Shown: positions 9,477-21,300 of the stretch, piece by piece
How positions within the stretch are numbered: position 1 is the stretch's first letter
How the letters are laid out: every line of letters starts with the position of its first letter
Assembly (NCBI GenBank): GCA_030641525.1
Contig: DAOWHH010000003.1
Span: 1 to 53,557, forward strand
Direction: 5' to 3'
From: a bacterium
Lineage (GTDB): Bacteria > Patescibacteriota > Minisyncoccia > Phycocordibacterales > UBA12079
DNA length: 53,557 bases
Notes under the pieces: model-generated
Database searches by the model: none
The model's input: the letters and a program-made list of their open reading frames with translations, nothing else
What the model was told of the DNA's origin: nothing
Position numbers and translations under genes: made by a program

Positions 9477-10157
9477 ATGATTTACTTTGATAAAGTGACA
9501 AAGATATATCAGGACGGTATGAAGGTAATTGATGATGTGAGTTTATCTATTGAACCAGAAGAATTTATTTCCATAGTTGGTCATTCTGGAGCTGGTAAAA
9601 CAACATTATTAAAAATGTTATTAGCTGAAGAAAGTCCATCAGATGGGTTTATTTTTTTTGAATCACAAGATATAAATAAAATAAAAGAAAATAAAATTTA
9701 TAAACATCGCCAAAAGATAGGAGTTGTTTTTCAAGATTTTCGTCTTTTATCAAACCGTACAGTTTATGAAAATATTGCTTTTGCAATGGAAGCTGCTGGA
9801 AAAACTAATGATGAAATCATTTCTGATGTTCCTTATGTATTAAAATTAGTTGGTTTGGAGGGAAAGACTCAAAATTTTCCTCAAGAACTTTCTGGTGGAG
9901 AACAACAAAGGGTTGCTATTGCTCGAGCCATAGTTAATCAACCTGATGTATTAATAGCTGATGAACCTACTGGTAATTTAGATCCAAATAATGCAAAAGA
10001 TATAATTGACATTTTACAAAAGGTAAATGAATTAGGTACAACTGTCATTTTAACTACTCATAATAAAAGTATTATAGAAAATTTAGGAAAAAAAAGAGTA
10101 GTGACAATGGAAAATGGTAAAATAATTCGTGATAAAAGTGGTGGATACATTTTATAA
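9477..10157 (+). CDS. ftsE: Cell division ATP-binding protein FtsE
   Basis: GHSGAGKTT, VVFQDFRLL, LSGGEQQRVAIARA, ADEPTGNLD; upstream of ftsX. Confidence 0.94.
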   Translation: MIYFDKVTKIYQDGMKVIDDVSLSIEPEEFISIVGHSGAGKTTLLKMLLAEESPSDGFIFFESQDINKIKENKIYKHRQKIGVVFQDFRLLSNRTVYENIAFAMEAAGKTNDEIISDVPYVLKLVGLEGKTQNFPQELSGGEQQRVAIARAIVNQPDVLIADEPTGNLDPNNAKDIIDILQKVNELGTTVILTTHNKSIIENLGKKRVVTMENGKIIRDKSGGYIL

Positions 10158-10269
10158 AATTCACCTAAGGTGAATTGGGAATTTAAATATTATTATCAGG
10201 GTTAATTAAAACTTTATAAATTCTAACTTTACAAACTTTAAGAACTTTATAAACTTTTAACTCAATTAT

Positions 10270-11193
10270 ATGTTAATTGTAAATATAAAAAGAATAATAA
10301 AAACTGGTTTCATTAATTTTTTTCGCAATAGTACAGTATCTATATCAGCTATTTTTGTTATGATGACAACTTTATCTGTTGTGATCTTTCTTCTGCTTAG
10401 TAATGTTTTATTTAATTCTGCTATTGAGCAAATAAAAAATAAAATAGATATAAATGTTTATATAAAAACTTCTGTTAGTCCTGATGAAATTTTAATATTG
10501 AAAGATTCTTTAGAGCTTTTACCACAAGTTGAAGATATTGAATATATTTCCCGTGAACAAGTTCTTGTAAATTTTAGAGAACGACATAGAGATGATAATC
10601 TTACTCTTCAAGCGTTAGATGAATTAGAAGAAAATCCTTTAGGGGCTGTTTTGAATATTAAGGCAAAAGAAATTAATCAATACGAAGGTATTGCTGACTT
10701 TTTGGAGTCTGAAACAGCCTTATCTATAGAAAGCGAAAAGATAATTGAAAAAGTTAATTACCATAATAATAAAATTGCTATCGATAAATTATATAAAATT
10801 ACAAATGCTGTGGAAAGTTTTGGTTTTTCAACAACAATAATACTTATTATTATCACTATTTTAATCACTTTTAACACTATTCGTTTAACTATTTTTATTT
10901 CACGAAAAGAAATAAAAGTAATGAAATTAGTTGGAGCAAATAATAATTTTATTAGAGGATCTTTTGTTTTTGAAGGTATTATATATGGTGTTATTTCAGC
11001 TACTATAGCCTCAATAATTTTTTACCCTATTCTTTTTTGGATAAATCCATTTATAGAAAATATGTTTTTTCTAGATTTACTTGCTTATTATTCATCTCAT
11101 TTTTTCCAAATTTTATTCATCACCTTATTTATGGGAATGAGTTTGGGTATAATTTCTAGTTTATTGGCTGTACGAACATATTTGAAGAAGTAG
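10270..11193 (+). CDS. ftsX: Cell division permease FtsX
   Basis: Four TM segments, ENPL, FNTIRLTI..R.EI..MKLVGA...IRGSF..EG. Confidence 0.93.
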   Translation: MLIVNIKRIIKTGFINFFRNSTVSISAIFVMMTTLSVVIFLLLSNVLFNSAIEQIKNKIDINVYIKTSVSPDEILILKDSLELLPQVEDIEYISREQVLVNFRERHRDDNLTLQALDELEENPLGAVLNIKAKEINQYEGIADFLESETALSIESEKIIEKVNYHNNKIAIDKLYKITNAVESFGFSTTIILIIITILITFNTIRLTIFISRKEIKVMKLVGANNNFIRGSFVFEGIIYGVISATIASIIFYPILFWINPFIENMFFLDLLAYYSSHFFQILFITLFMGMSLGIISSLLAVRTYLKK

Positions 11194-11223
11194 TTGATAT
11201 TTATTAATTTTTAATCCTCTTTT

Positions 11224-11232
11224 TTATCCACA
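11224..11232 (+). promoter_or_regulatory. Consensus DnaA box TTATCCACA
   Basis: Exact consensus 18 bp upstream of a -35 element; a single 9-mer, so it could be chance. Confidence 0.4.
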
Positions 11233-11250
11233 ACATTTTTGTTGTTTATA

Positions 11251-11356
11251 TTGACAAAAACAACCAGTTGCTATACTATAATGACATACCTTGCTCGAGG
11301 TTAATTCGAGTTTACTATCCGCAAAACCTAGCTTTCGCTAGGTTTTTGCTTTTTTA
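11251..11356 (+). ncRNA. Putative small RNA unit antisense to the 3' end of the NYN gene
   Basis: TTGACA(11251)-17-TACTAT(11274), internal hairpin CTCGAggttaatTCGAG, terminator AAAACCTAGC-TTTC-GCTAGGTTTT plus T-run, no ORF in the track. Confidence 0.5.
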
Positions 11357-11999
11357 CAAAAGCAATATCTTTCTTTATATCTTGAGCGTTTATTATCTTA
11401 TCTACTGATTCTCTTAATTCTTTTGTTATATGTCCTCCTTTTATTAAAATTATTTTCTTACCCTGACTTTTTAAAAATTTATTTAAATAAATAAAATCAG
11501 CATCTCCTGAAAATAAACAACAAGTATCATATTTTTCTAATAATTTTATAGTATCAACTGCAATTTCAACATCAAAATTACATTTTGGAAGTAAAACATA
11601 TTCACCGTCTTTATCATTAAAAATACTTCTTGTATTAACATCTCTTTCTTCTTCTTTTAGATGATGATGAACCCATTGTATTTTTTTAGTAAAATTTCTT
11701 CTTTTACCAAAAATCTCTTTTGATTTATATAAAAAACCTAATGAACTTGGTTTTTTATGATTATGCCCATAATAAAATCTAGTATCTTTAGAAAAAATAT
11801 CAGCAAAATCTTTTAACATTTTCAAATCTATTGAAATTGTTTCATCTTCGGCTATTTTTTCTTTTTCCAATCCTTGAGTGTCTTCACTAAACCAATTATT
11901 TACATTACCAAAATCAATAAAAGAAAAGATTTTTCCAAATTCTTTATTAATTCCTAATCGTTCTTTGATGACTTGTTTTTTTAATTCTTCTATATCCAT
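11328..11999 (-). CDS. NYN domain (LabA/DUF88, PIN-like) protein
   Basis: FIDFGNV, RFYYG, KCNFDVEIAVD, LFSGDADF, GKKII. Confidence 0.9.
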   Translation of the reverse strand: MDIEELKKQVIKERLGINKEFGKIFSFIDFGNVNNWFSEDTQGLEKEKIAEDETISIDLKMLKDFADIFSKDTRFYYGHNHKKPSSLGFLYKSKEIFGKRRNFTKKIQWVHHHLKEEERDVNTRSIFNDKDGEYVLLPKCNFDVEIAVDTIKLLEKYDTCCLFSGDADFIYLNKFLKSQGKKIILIKGGHITKELRESVDKIINAQDIKKDIAFVKKQKPSES

Positions 12000-12343
12000 A
12001 ATATTTTTTAACTAATTATCTCTATTCTATCATAAATTCACCTTTGATAAATCTGGTATTTAAGGAAAAGGCGACCGCAAAACGGCCGCTTTTCAACTTC
12101 TCTCTTTCTTCAAAATTATTTTTATAAACAACTTTTCTAGAAATCTAATTATCTTTCAACTTCCCTTTTTGGACTGTTTATTCTCCCTTTAAGAGAGTTG
12201 ATTTATAAAAATAATTTTCTCTTTTTTATCCCCATAATTTAAGTTTTTTGGGAATTTTTTTTGGTGTTCTGCGATATAATAATTAATGTGAGATGTGTCT
12301 ATAAAAGGCAACATTTTTGGTGTTTTTTAATACCATGTAATTT

Positions 12344-15300
12344 TTGTTTGTGATGTTTAAAAATCTACTTAGAACAAAAAAAATAACAACCTTATCTAAT
12401 CAGCAGGTAGGTAGAAAAACGACAAAATATTTTTGGCTATCGGATAGCCAGTGGCTATCCGATAGCCAACAAAAATATTTTGTCGTTTTTTTGATAATGA
12501 TATTTTCTGTTTTATCTCCTTTAAATTTTATCTATTCAGCCTTTAATCCTGAAATTAATTATCAAGGAAAATTAACTGATTCGGCCAATGTAGCCGTAGC
12601 AGATGGTGATTATAATTTAGAATTTAAACTTTATACAATTTCTAGTGGGGGGTCAGCTATATGGACTGAAAGTCTTATTGATACAGATAAGGTGACTGTG
12701 ACGAATGGACTTTTTAGTGTTCTTCTTGGAAATGTGACAGCAATTTCTGGAGTAGATTTTAGTCAGGATCTTTATTTGGGAGTTAATGTTGGAGGAACTG
12801 GTTCTCCTGTTTGGGATGGAGAAATGGTTCCACGAAAACAAATTGCTTCTGTTCCTTCTTCTTTTGAAGCTGATAAATTAGATGGATTAGATTCTACCCA
12901 ATTTCTTCGTTCGGATACAACAAATATTATTGGAGGTAATTTTGATATGGGTGGTTTTAATTTAACTAATGGAGGAACAGCTACTTTCGCAAATTTTATT
13001 GCTACTTCAACGACTGCATCTTCAATTTTTCCTTTGGCTTCTACCACTCAATTAACAGTTTCTAATGATACTTGGTTAGCAGTAGATGGAGGAAATGTAG
13101 GAATTGGGACGGATAGTCCTTCGGTGGAACTAGATGTTGTAGGAGACATAAATGCAACAGGAAGTATTTATTTAGATACTGGTAATCTAGGAGTTGGTAT
13201 TGTAAGCACAACATATAAAGCACAAATGCATGAACAAAGTGGAGCTGGCTCAATATTACAATTTACTAATACAGATTCTGGTACTACTGATGTTGATGGT
13301 AGTTATGTAGGAATAGCTGGGAGTGAATCTTTAGGAATTTGGCAATATGAAAATGATTATATGTACTTTGGAACAAATAATGATGAAGTAGCAAGATTTC
13401 ACGCTTCTGGAGGTTTTTCTTTTGGTGATAATTATGTTTCAACTGATCCGGGGGTAGATAATATGATTATTGAGGGGAATGTAGGGATTGGGACGAGTAG
13501 TCCATTATCAATGTTATCAGTTAGATCTACAGGAACAACTGACCTCCTAAACCTTACCGAAACAGACGGAGAGGAAGTCTTCACAGTTTTGGAGAATGGG
13601 AATGTCGGTATTGGAACGGATAGTCCGGAGGAGGCTTTGGATGTTGTTGGTGGAGCTATTCGATTGGAAGCAAATCAATATTTAAAATGGGATTATAATT
13701 CAGCACAAGCAAATTCGAGAATTTGGGGGATACATACAGACCAGCAAGTATACGGAGATTTCGCTATTACGACAGCAGATGGGCAAGATGACAACTTTGA
13801 TTTAACTAGATTCTATATTGATTCTTCTGGTAATGTCGGTATTGGAACAGATAGTCCAAATACTCTTTTTGAGATAGCAAAAAACGATAGAGAGAATGGT
13901 GCAGTTATGAGAATCACAAATAGTGCTCAGAGTTCAGCTTGGACAACAGGGGATATTGTAGGTACTTTGGATTTTTATGCTTCCGATACCTCTGCCCCTG
14001 CTACAAGAGCTAAAGTAATAGCTATAGATACTTTTAACACAGCAGCTACAAACCCTTCAAACGTAGGTCTTGATTTCTATACCACAGATACGAATTCACT
14101 TAATTTTGCAATGAGAATTGATTCTTCTGGGAATGTAGGGATTGGGACGAGTAGTCCATCATCAATGTTATCAGTTAGATCTACAGGAACAACTGACCTC
14201 CTAAACCTTACCGAAACAGACGGAGAGGAAGTCTTCACAGTTTTGGAGAATGGAAATGTAGGAATTGGAAATACAGCACCAATATCTGAACTAGAAATTG
14301 GTTTGGATACAGGGGGACATTCAAATTTAATTACAATAGGAAAAGGATATGATGTTGAGAGTGGCATTCAATGGTCGAGAGCAGGGATTATTGATTCTCA
14401 AATAACGAATGATGCTTCAGAAAATATGATTTTTGCTACAGATATTAGCAATAGTATTGGTGGAGGTGATTTTAAATTTAGGAGTAATGGTGGAACTGAA
14501 TTAATGGTTATTGAAACAGGTGGTAATGTCGGAATTGGGACGGATAGTCCTGATGGTCCTTTTGAGGTTGTTGGTGTTGGTAATGCTACAACAGGAGAGT
14601 CAGTAAAATTTGCAACATCTGATTGGGATACTGGGACAAGTGCTGGTTCAGCTCTGCGTATAAACATGGGTGCTGATACTGGAAATACCTATTCCATTAT
14701 TCAGTCTGTAAGTGGTGGTAATTCATTAGTTGCTGATTTAGCTATTAATCCAACAGGTGGAAATGTAGGTATTGGGACGGATAGTCCAAGTGATGTTTTG
14801 CAAGTTAAAACTGGTACTGCTAAAGAAGGTATTAATATAAAAGGAATTGATATAACAAATAATAATCCACAAGGTGCTTTAAGTTTTTCAGACTCTAGCA
14901 ATGTTCCAGTTGCAAAAATTGTAGGATATAGGGGAAATACTTTTGATGACGGAGATATTGCATTTGAAGTTTCGCAAGGAGCTTCGTTTAGTGAAGCAAT
15001 GAGGATTGATCAAACAGGCAATGTAGGAATTGGGACGAGTAGTCCTAGTGTTAATCTACATGTGAATGATTCTTCAGATGCTTATATTAGAATAACTGGT
15101 GGTGACGCAGGAAAAGCAGTTTTACAATTAGGAGATCAAACTGATGGGAATGAAGCAAGAATTACATACACTGCTTCAGATAGGTCTTTAGGGTTATATA
15201 CTGCTGATACTGAAAGAATGAGAATTGATAAAAGTGGCAATGTAGGTATTGGGACGAGTAGTCCTGATGAATTATTGCATATTGAAACTTCTACAGATGC

Positions 15301-18300
15301 GGATTTAAGAATAGAATCAACAGGAGATAGTTATTATTCAAGAGTTTTATTTGGTGTTGAAAGTGGAAGTGATACATCAATGGGAACTTATGATGATAGT
15401 TATGCAGGAGTTTCTGAATATGCTGGAAAATTTGTAACTCAAACTTTTGAAAGACCTATCGTATTTGCTGCTTTTGGGACTACAGAAAATGACACAATTC
15501 AATTTTATACTGGGGGAAGAGATGCTGCAGATAAAAGAATGGTTATTGATGAAAATGGGAATGTTGGGATTGGAACAGATAGTCCAGGATATAAGTTATC
15601 GATAAACGGCTCAGGGTCAGTCCCTGTTTTATATTCTACAGGAGAGGTCACTGGTTCTGTAGCACAAATTCGTGGGTCTGGAACTGGTGGTAGTCAGTTG
15701 CAAATTACTGAGGCAGGACAAATAAGCTGGTTTATTGGAGTTGATGATGGGGAAACCACTCTTAAAATTAGAGATTCTGCTCAGGCTAATGCTCCTAATC
15801 TTGCTATAGATTCTTCTGGCAATGTAACTATCACAGGAACTATTTCTGAAGGAGGTTCTTTGTTGTCAGCTCTGTATGCTCCTTATGCGGAAAGAGGTTC
15901 TAATATTGATGGAGCAGGTTTGACTTGGGATGGTTCGGAATTGGATGTGGATGCTTTAGCAGTGAAGAGAATTCATTTGAAAAAATCAGCCGAAACAGAG
16001 AATTTAATAACTGCTCAAGTGATTGGTTGGGATGCACAAGAATATGTGGATTCTGATGTTTATACTCACAGCACTTCATCTAATAATGAAAGAGTGACTG
16101 TGCTTTCTGATGGTGTGTATAAAATAGAATCAAATGTAAATTATGTAAATACAGGTGCTGCTCGTGTGACAATGTATATGCAATTGAGAGTAAATGGTTC
16201 AAATGAATTAACCACAAGAGTAAAATCATATTCTCGTGGTTCTATTTATGGGGATAATAATTTAAAATTATCTACAATTGTTTCTCTTTCCGCTAATGAT
16301 TATGTTGATTTGTATGGAGGTTATGATGATGTAGATCAAACTACTGCTGTAAATACAACAGTAGGACAATCTGAATTTATTATTTCAAAGATTGGTACAG
16401 AGGCGATAGCAAATACTTGGAGACCGATTGATGACACTGCTGTTGATGGAGTGACGACTGAATCCATTAGTTCTAATTGGGCTTATGATCATTTGAATGA
16501 TACTACTGATCCTCATTTAATATCCAGTTTTACCTCTGGTAATTTGAATGTGGCTAGATTGCCGACTGGTGGAGCTTGGAATCTTACTTCTGATTTGAAT
16601 ATTGATAGTAATAAATTGGTTATTGATAATTCTTCTGGTTATGTCGGTATTGGGACGGATAGTCCTGGAAGTTTATTGCAATTAGTAGAGGCTGGGTCAG
16701 GAGTGCAAACTATGTTGGGGATACATGGTAGTACAGTAGGTGTTTTGGGCAATGGAGCTGAAATACATTTGTCGGCTGGTGTTACGACCCTGAGGGGGGC
16801 AAAAATAACCGCGATTAATACTGGAGGGTCAAGTAATGATCATGCTCTTACTTTTTCGACTTCTGCTAGTGCGTCAGTTCCGGCAGAAAGGATGAGGATA
16901 GATTCTTCTGGAAATGTAGGCATTGGAACGGATAGTCCTTCTAGTGATTTAGAAATAGAAGATACTTCAAACCCAACATTAAAATTGGATTTAGAAGCAA
17001 ACCCTGCTGATGGAGATAATATTTCAACCATTTATTTTGAAGCAGGGGGCTATCAGGCAGGAAGAATAAGGTCTGTGTCTGAATATGCTTGGCCTACTTC
17101 AAGAAGGGCTGGATTGGCTTTTGATGTTCTTGCTATGTCTGCAGAAGTTAATAACGCTATGTATATAAATTATTTGGGCAATGTAGGTATTGGTACAGAT
17201 AGTCCGACTGGTAAATTAGATATAGAGGATTTAACTGCTTCGGCTAATGTGGATATTGATATACGTTCAGCAGTTGATGGTAGTACAAGATTAAGATTTG
17301 GAGATGCTGATGATAATTATATTGGTGGAATAAATTATGATCATACTACTGATGATATGTTTTTCTTGGCAAATAATGCAAACAGAATGGTTATTGATTC
17401 TGGTGGAAATGTTGGAATTGGGACGGAGACTACTACTTTTGATGAAGGCGTAGGGAAAGTAGCAATTTTAGGTTCTAAATCTGGAAATAGTGGAGGATTA
17501 AATATAATAGATGATTCAGCTCAAGCAGTTGGAACAGGAGGACATATTGTTTTTGGGGGTAAGTACACAGATGGTGGGTCTTATGCATTAGGAGCTAAAA
17601 TTGAAGCAGAAAAAACTGTTTCTACTACTGAAAATTATGGTTTTGATTTAGCTTTTTATGCAAGAACACATGGCGCTAATTTAGATAATTCAGAAAAGAT
17701 GAGAATAACTTCTTCTGGCAATGTCGGAATTGGGACAAGTAGTCCATTATCAATGTTATCAGTTAGGTCTACAGGAACAACTGACCTCCTAAACCTTACC
17801 GAAACAGACGGAGAGGAAGTCTTCACAGTTTTGGAGAATGGAAATGTCGGTATTGGTACGGATAGTCCAGGGGCGAAGTTGGAAGTGGTAAATGGAACAG
17901 GAATAAAAATCACAAATTCAGCAGCAAGTTTATTATTTTTAAGAAGAACAAGTAGTTTAACTTCTGCTATGCACTTTGGAAATGATGATGATGATATTTA
18001 TCTTGGATTAGGAGGAGATGAGAAATTTCATATTGCAACAACAGATGATATACAAGCAAGTTCAATGTTTACAATACAACAAGATGGGAATGTCGGGATT
18101 GGGACGGATAGTCCAACAAGGAAATTATTTGTTGAATTTACAGATACTACTGATTATTCGTCAGGTGGGACTATTTTGGATGGTATTCTGATAGGTAATA
18201 CTCAGGCAAATACTGGAGGTGGTGGTGCTCTTACATTCCTAGGGGAAGCAGATGATACAGCACAAGCCGTTGCGACTATAACCGGGGTTGTAACTTCAGC

Positions 18301-21300
18301 CGATAATATGGATTTAGTTTTTGAAACTGAGGGTTCAGGAACAAGAGCAGAAAGAATGCGTATTAATTCTTCTGGTAATGTCGGTATTGGGACGAGTAGT
18401 CCAGATGGAATTTTACATACAGCTGTATCTGACACATCTAATATATTTACATTAGAAAGAGTGGATACATCTATAGGTACAGATAATATTATTGCCGATA
18501 TAAAAATGAAGGGTGGGGAAACTACTCTTGGAACGGTTGGAAGAATAATTGTTTCTGCAGAAAGTCCGTGGAGTGCAGATAGTTCCCCCGCTGTTATGAG
18601 GTTTTTTACTAATCCTAGTGGAGCTACTAATGCTTTGGAAAGAATGAGAATTGATTCTTCTGGAAATGTTGGGATTGGAACGAGTAGTCCATTATCAATG
18701 TTATCAGTTAGGTCTACAGGAACAACTGACCTCCTAAACCTTACCGAAACAGACGGAGAGGAAGTCTTCACAGTTTTGGAGAATGGAAATGTAGGGATTG
18801 GAACGGATAGTCCAGGGAAAAAATTTACTATTGCTATTCAAGATGTAGCAGATCCAGGATCCACTGCAATACAAACTGAAAATTTGTCAGGAACGCCAAG
18901 GTTTGCATTAAATAATTTAAATGATGGCGGTTGGACAACATATGATTATTATGGAGGTTCTTATAATTCGGGAATAACCCAGAAAGATGGAAATGTTGGG
19001 ATTGGAGATAGTAGTCCAACAGATACTCTTCATGTACAAGCATCAGCAGGAAATCAGGTGCGTATTGAAGGTACAGGTGTTGATTCAGACGCAGAGATGC
19101 ATTTTGATAATGATGCACAAAGTTGGTCTATAGGTATTGATGGGTCAGATAGTAACTCGTTGAAATTATCGACTGGGGTAAATGTTGGGACTGGAGATAA
19201 GGTTACCATTCAGTCAGGTGGGAATGTAGGAATAGGAGAAACATCTCCCGAAGCTAAATTGCATATAAAAAAAGCAGATACTGGTCAAACACCTCCTGTA
19301 ACTTCAAATATGATTCTTGAAGATACTGCTGCTACTAATTATTTTACTTTTTTAGATGCAACTGCAAATTCAATACAGGGATTAATAATGACTGATGGGG
19401 CAGGTGCTGATGGTTATGTAATTTATGATTCTGATGGAAAAGGTATGAGATTTCAATCAGGTACTGATGAAGTGGCGAGATTTTGGGCAAGTGGTGGTTT
19501 TGCATTTGGAGATACTTTTATAGATACAGACCCTGGAGTTGATAATATGATTGTTGAGGGCAATGTCGGGATTGGGACGAGTAGTCCAGATAGAAATTTA
19601 GATATTTTATCTACTTCAGGAACTGCAGATATGGAGTTAGCAACTAATGATGTACAAAATTCGTTTTTTAAATTTACATCAGATAAGGACGGTACAGGAA
19701 TGAATGGTTTTATTGGTATTGATTATTCAGAAGATAATTTCAAAATAACAAGAGATGGTTTTGATGGGAGTGCAAAGGGAATTATAATTGATGGAGATGG
19801 TGAGGTTGGAATTGGGACATCAACCCCTTCAGAAAAATTGGAAGTATTAGGAAATGTTTTGCAATCACCTATTGATCCTGTTTTGGAGGGGAGTTTAGGA
19901 ATTGGAGGTAATCCTTATTCAGTTTATGTCTCAGGAAGATATGCTTATGTTGTTGATATTGATAGTGATGATTTAAAAATAATTGATATTTCTGACCCGT
20001 CTTCGCCATCCCTTAGTGGAAGCTTAAGTATAGGAGCCTATCCCAGAGATGTATATGTTTCTGGGAAATATGCTTATGTTGTTGATTCAGGTAGTGATGA
20101 CCTTAAAATAATAGATATCTCTAATCCATCTTTACCAACTCTTGCCGGAAGTTTATCTATTGGAACAGATCCTCATTCAATTTATGTTTCAGGAAAATAT
20201 GCTTATGTTGTTTATTATGGCAGTGATGACCTTAAAATAATAGATATCTCTAATCCATCTTTACCAACTCTTACCGGAAGTTTATCTATCGGATCAGGTC
20301 CTCTTTCGGTTTATGTCTCAGGAAAATATGCTTATGTTATTGATTATGTTAGTCGTGACCTTAAAGTAATTGATATTTCTGACCCTTCTTCGCCATCCCT
20401 TAGTGGAAGCTTAGGTGTAGGAAGTAATCCTGTATCAATATATGTTTCAGGTAGCTATGCTTATGTTGTTGATACTATTAGTGATGATCTTAAAATAATA
20501 GATGTTTCTGACCCGTCTTCGCCATCCCTTAGTGGAAGCTTAAGTATAGGAGCCTCTCCCAGAGATGTATATGTTTCTGGGAAATATGCTTATGTTGTTG
20601 ATTCAGGTAGTGATGACCTTAAAATAATAGATATCTCTAATCCATCTTTACCAACTCTTGCCGGAAGTTTAGGGATTGGAGGTAGTCCTTATTCAGTTTA
20701 TGTCTCAGGAAGATATGCTTATGTCATTGACACTGACAGTGATGATCTTAAAGTAATAGATATTTCTGGAATGGAAACTACTTCAATGATAGCTCATTCA
20801 TTGGAAGCAGGAAATTTGCAGGTTAGGAATGATATTATTGCTCAAGGACAGCTTCAAGTGACAGGTGGAATAACAGCTGGAAGTGGAGGAATATATTCTA
20901 CTGGACCAGTGGGTGTTTTTGCTTCTACTACTGCTGCGGCACTTACGATTAATCAACATTTAACAGGTGATCTTTTGAATGTTTTTGATAATACTGGTAG
21001 CGAGATATTTACGATTGAGGAGGGTGGAAATGTTGGGATTGGGGATTCTACTCCTACTTATCAATTAACATTGTCAACAGATTCAGCATATAAATTATCA
21101 TCAGGTACATGGTCATATACCTCTGATGAAAAATTAAAAGATATTAATGGTGATTTTACTAGAGGTTTAGAAGCTTTAGATGACCTATATCCAGTCTATT
21201 TTAATTTTAAAAAAGATAATGAAATAGGAGCTTTAAGTGATAGAGAATATATTGGTTTAATTGCTCAAGATATACAAAAAACTGTTCCTGAAGCTGTGAC

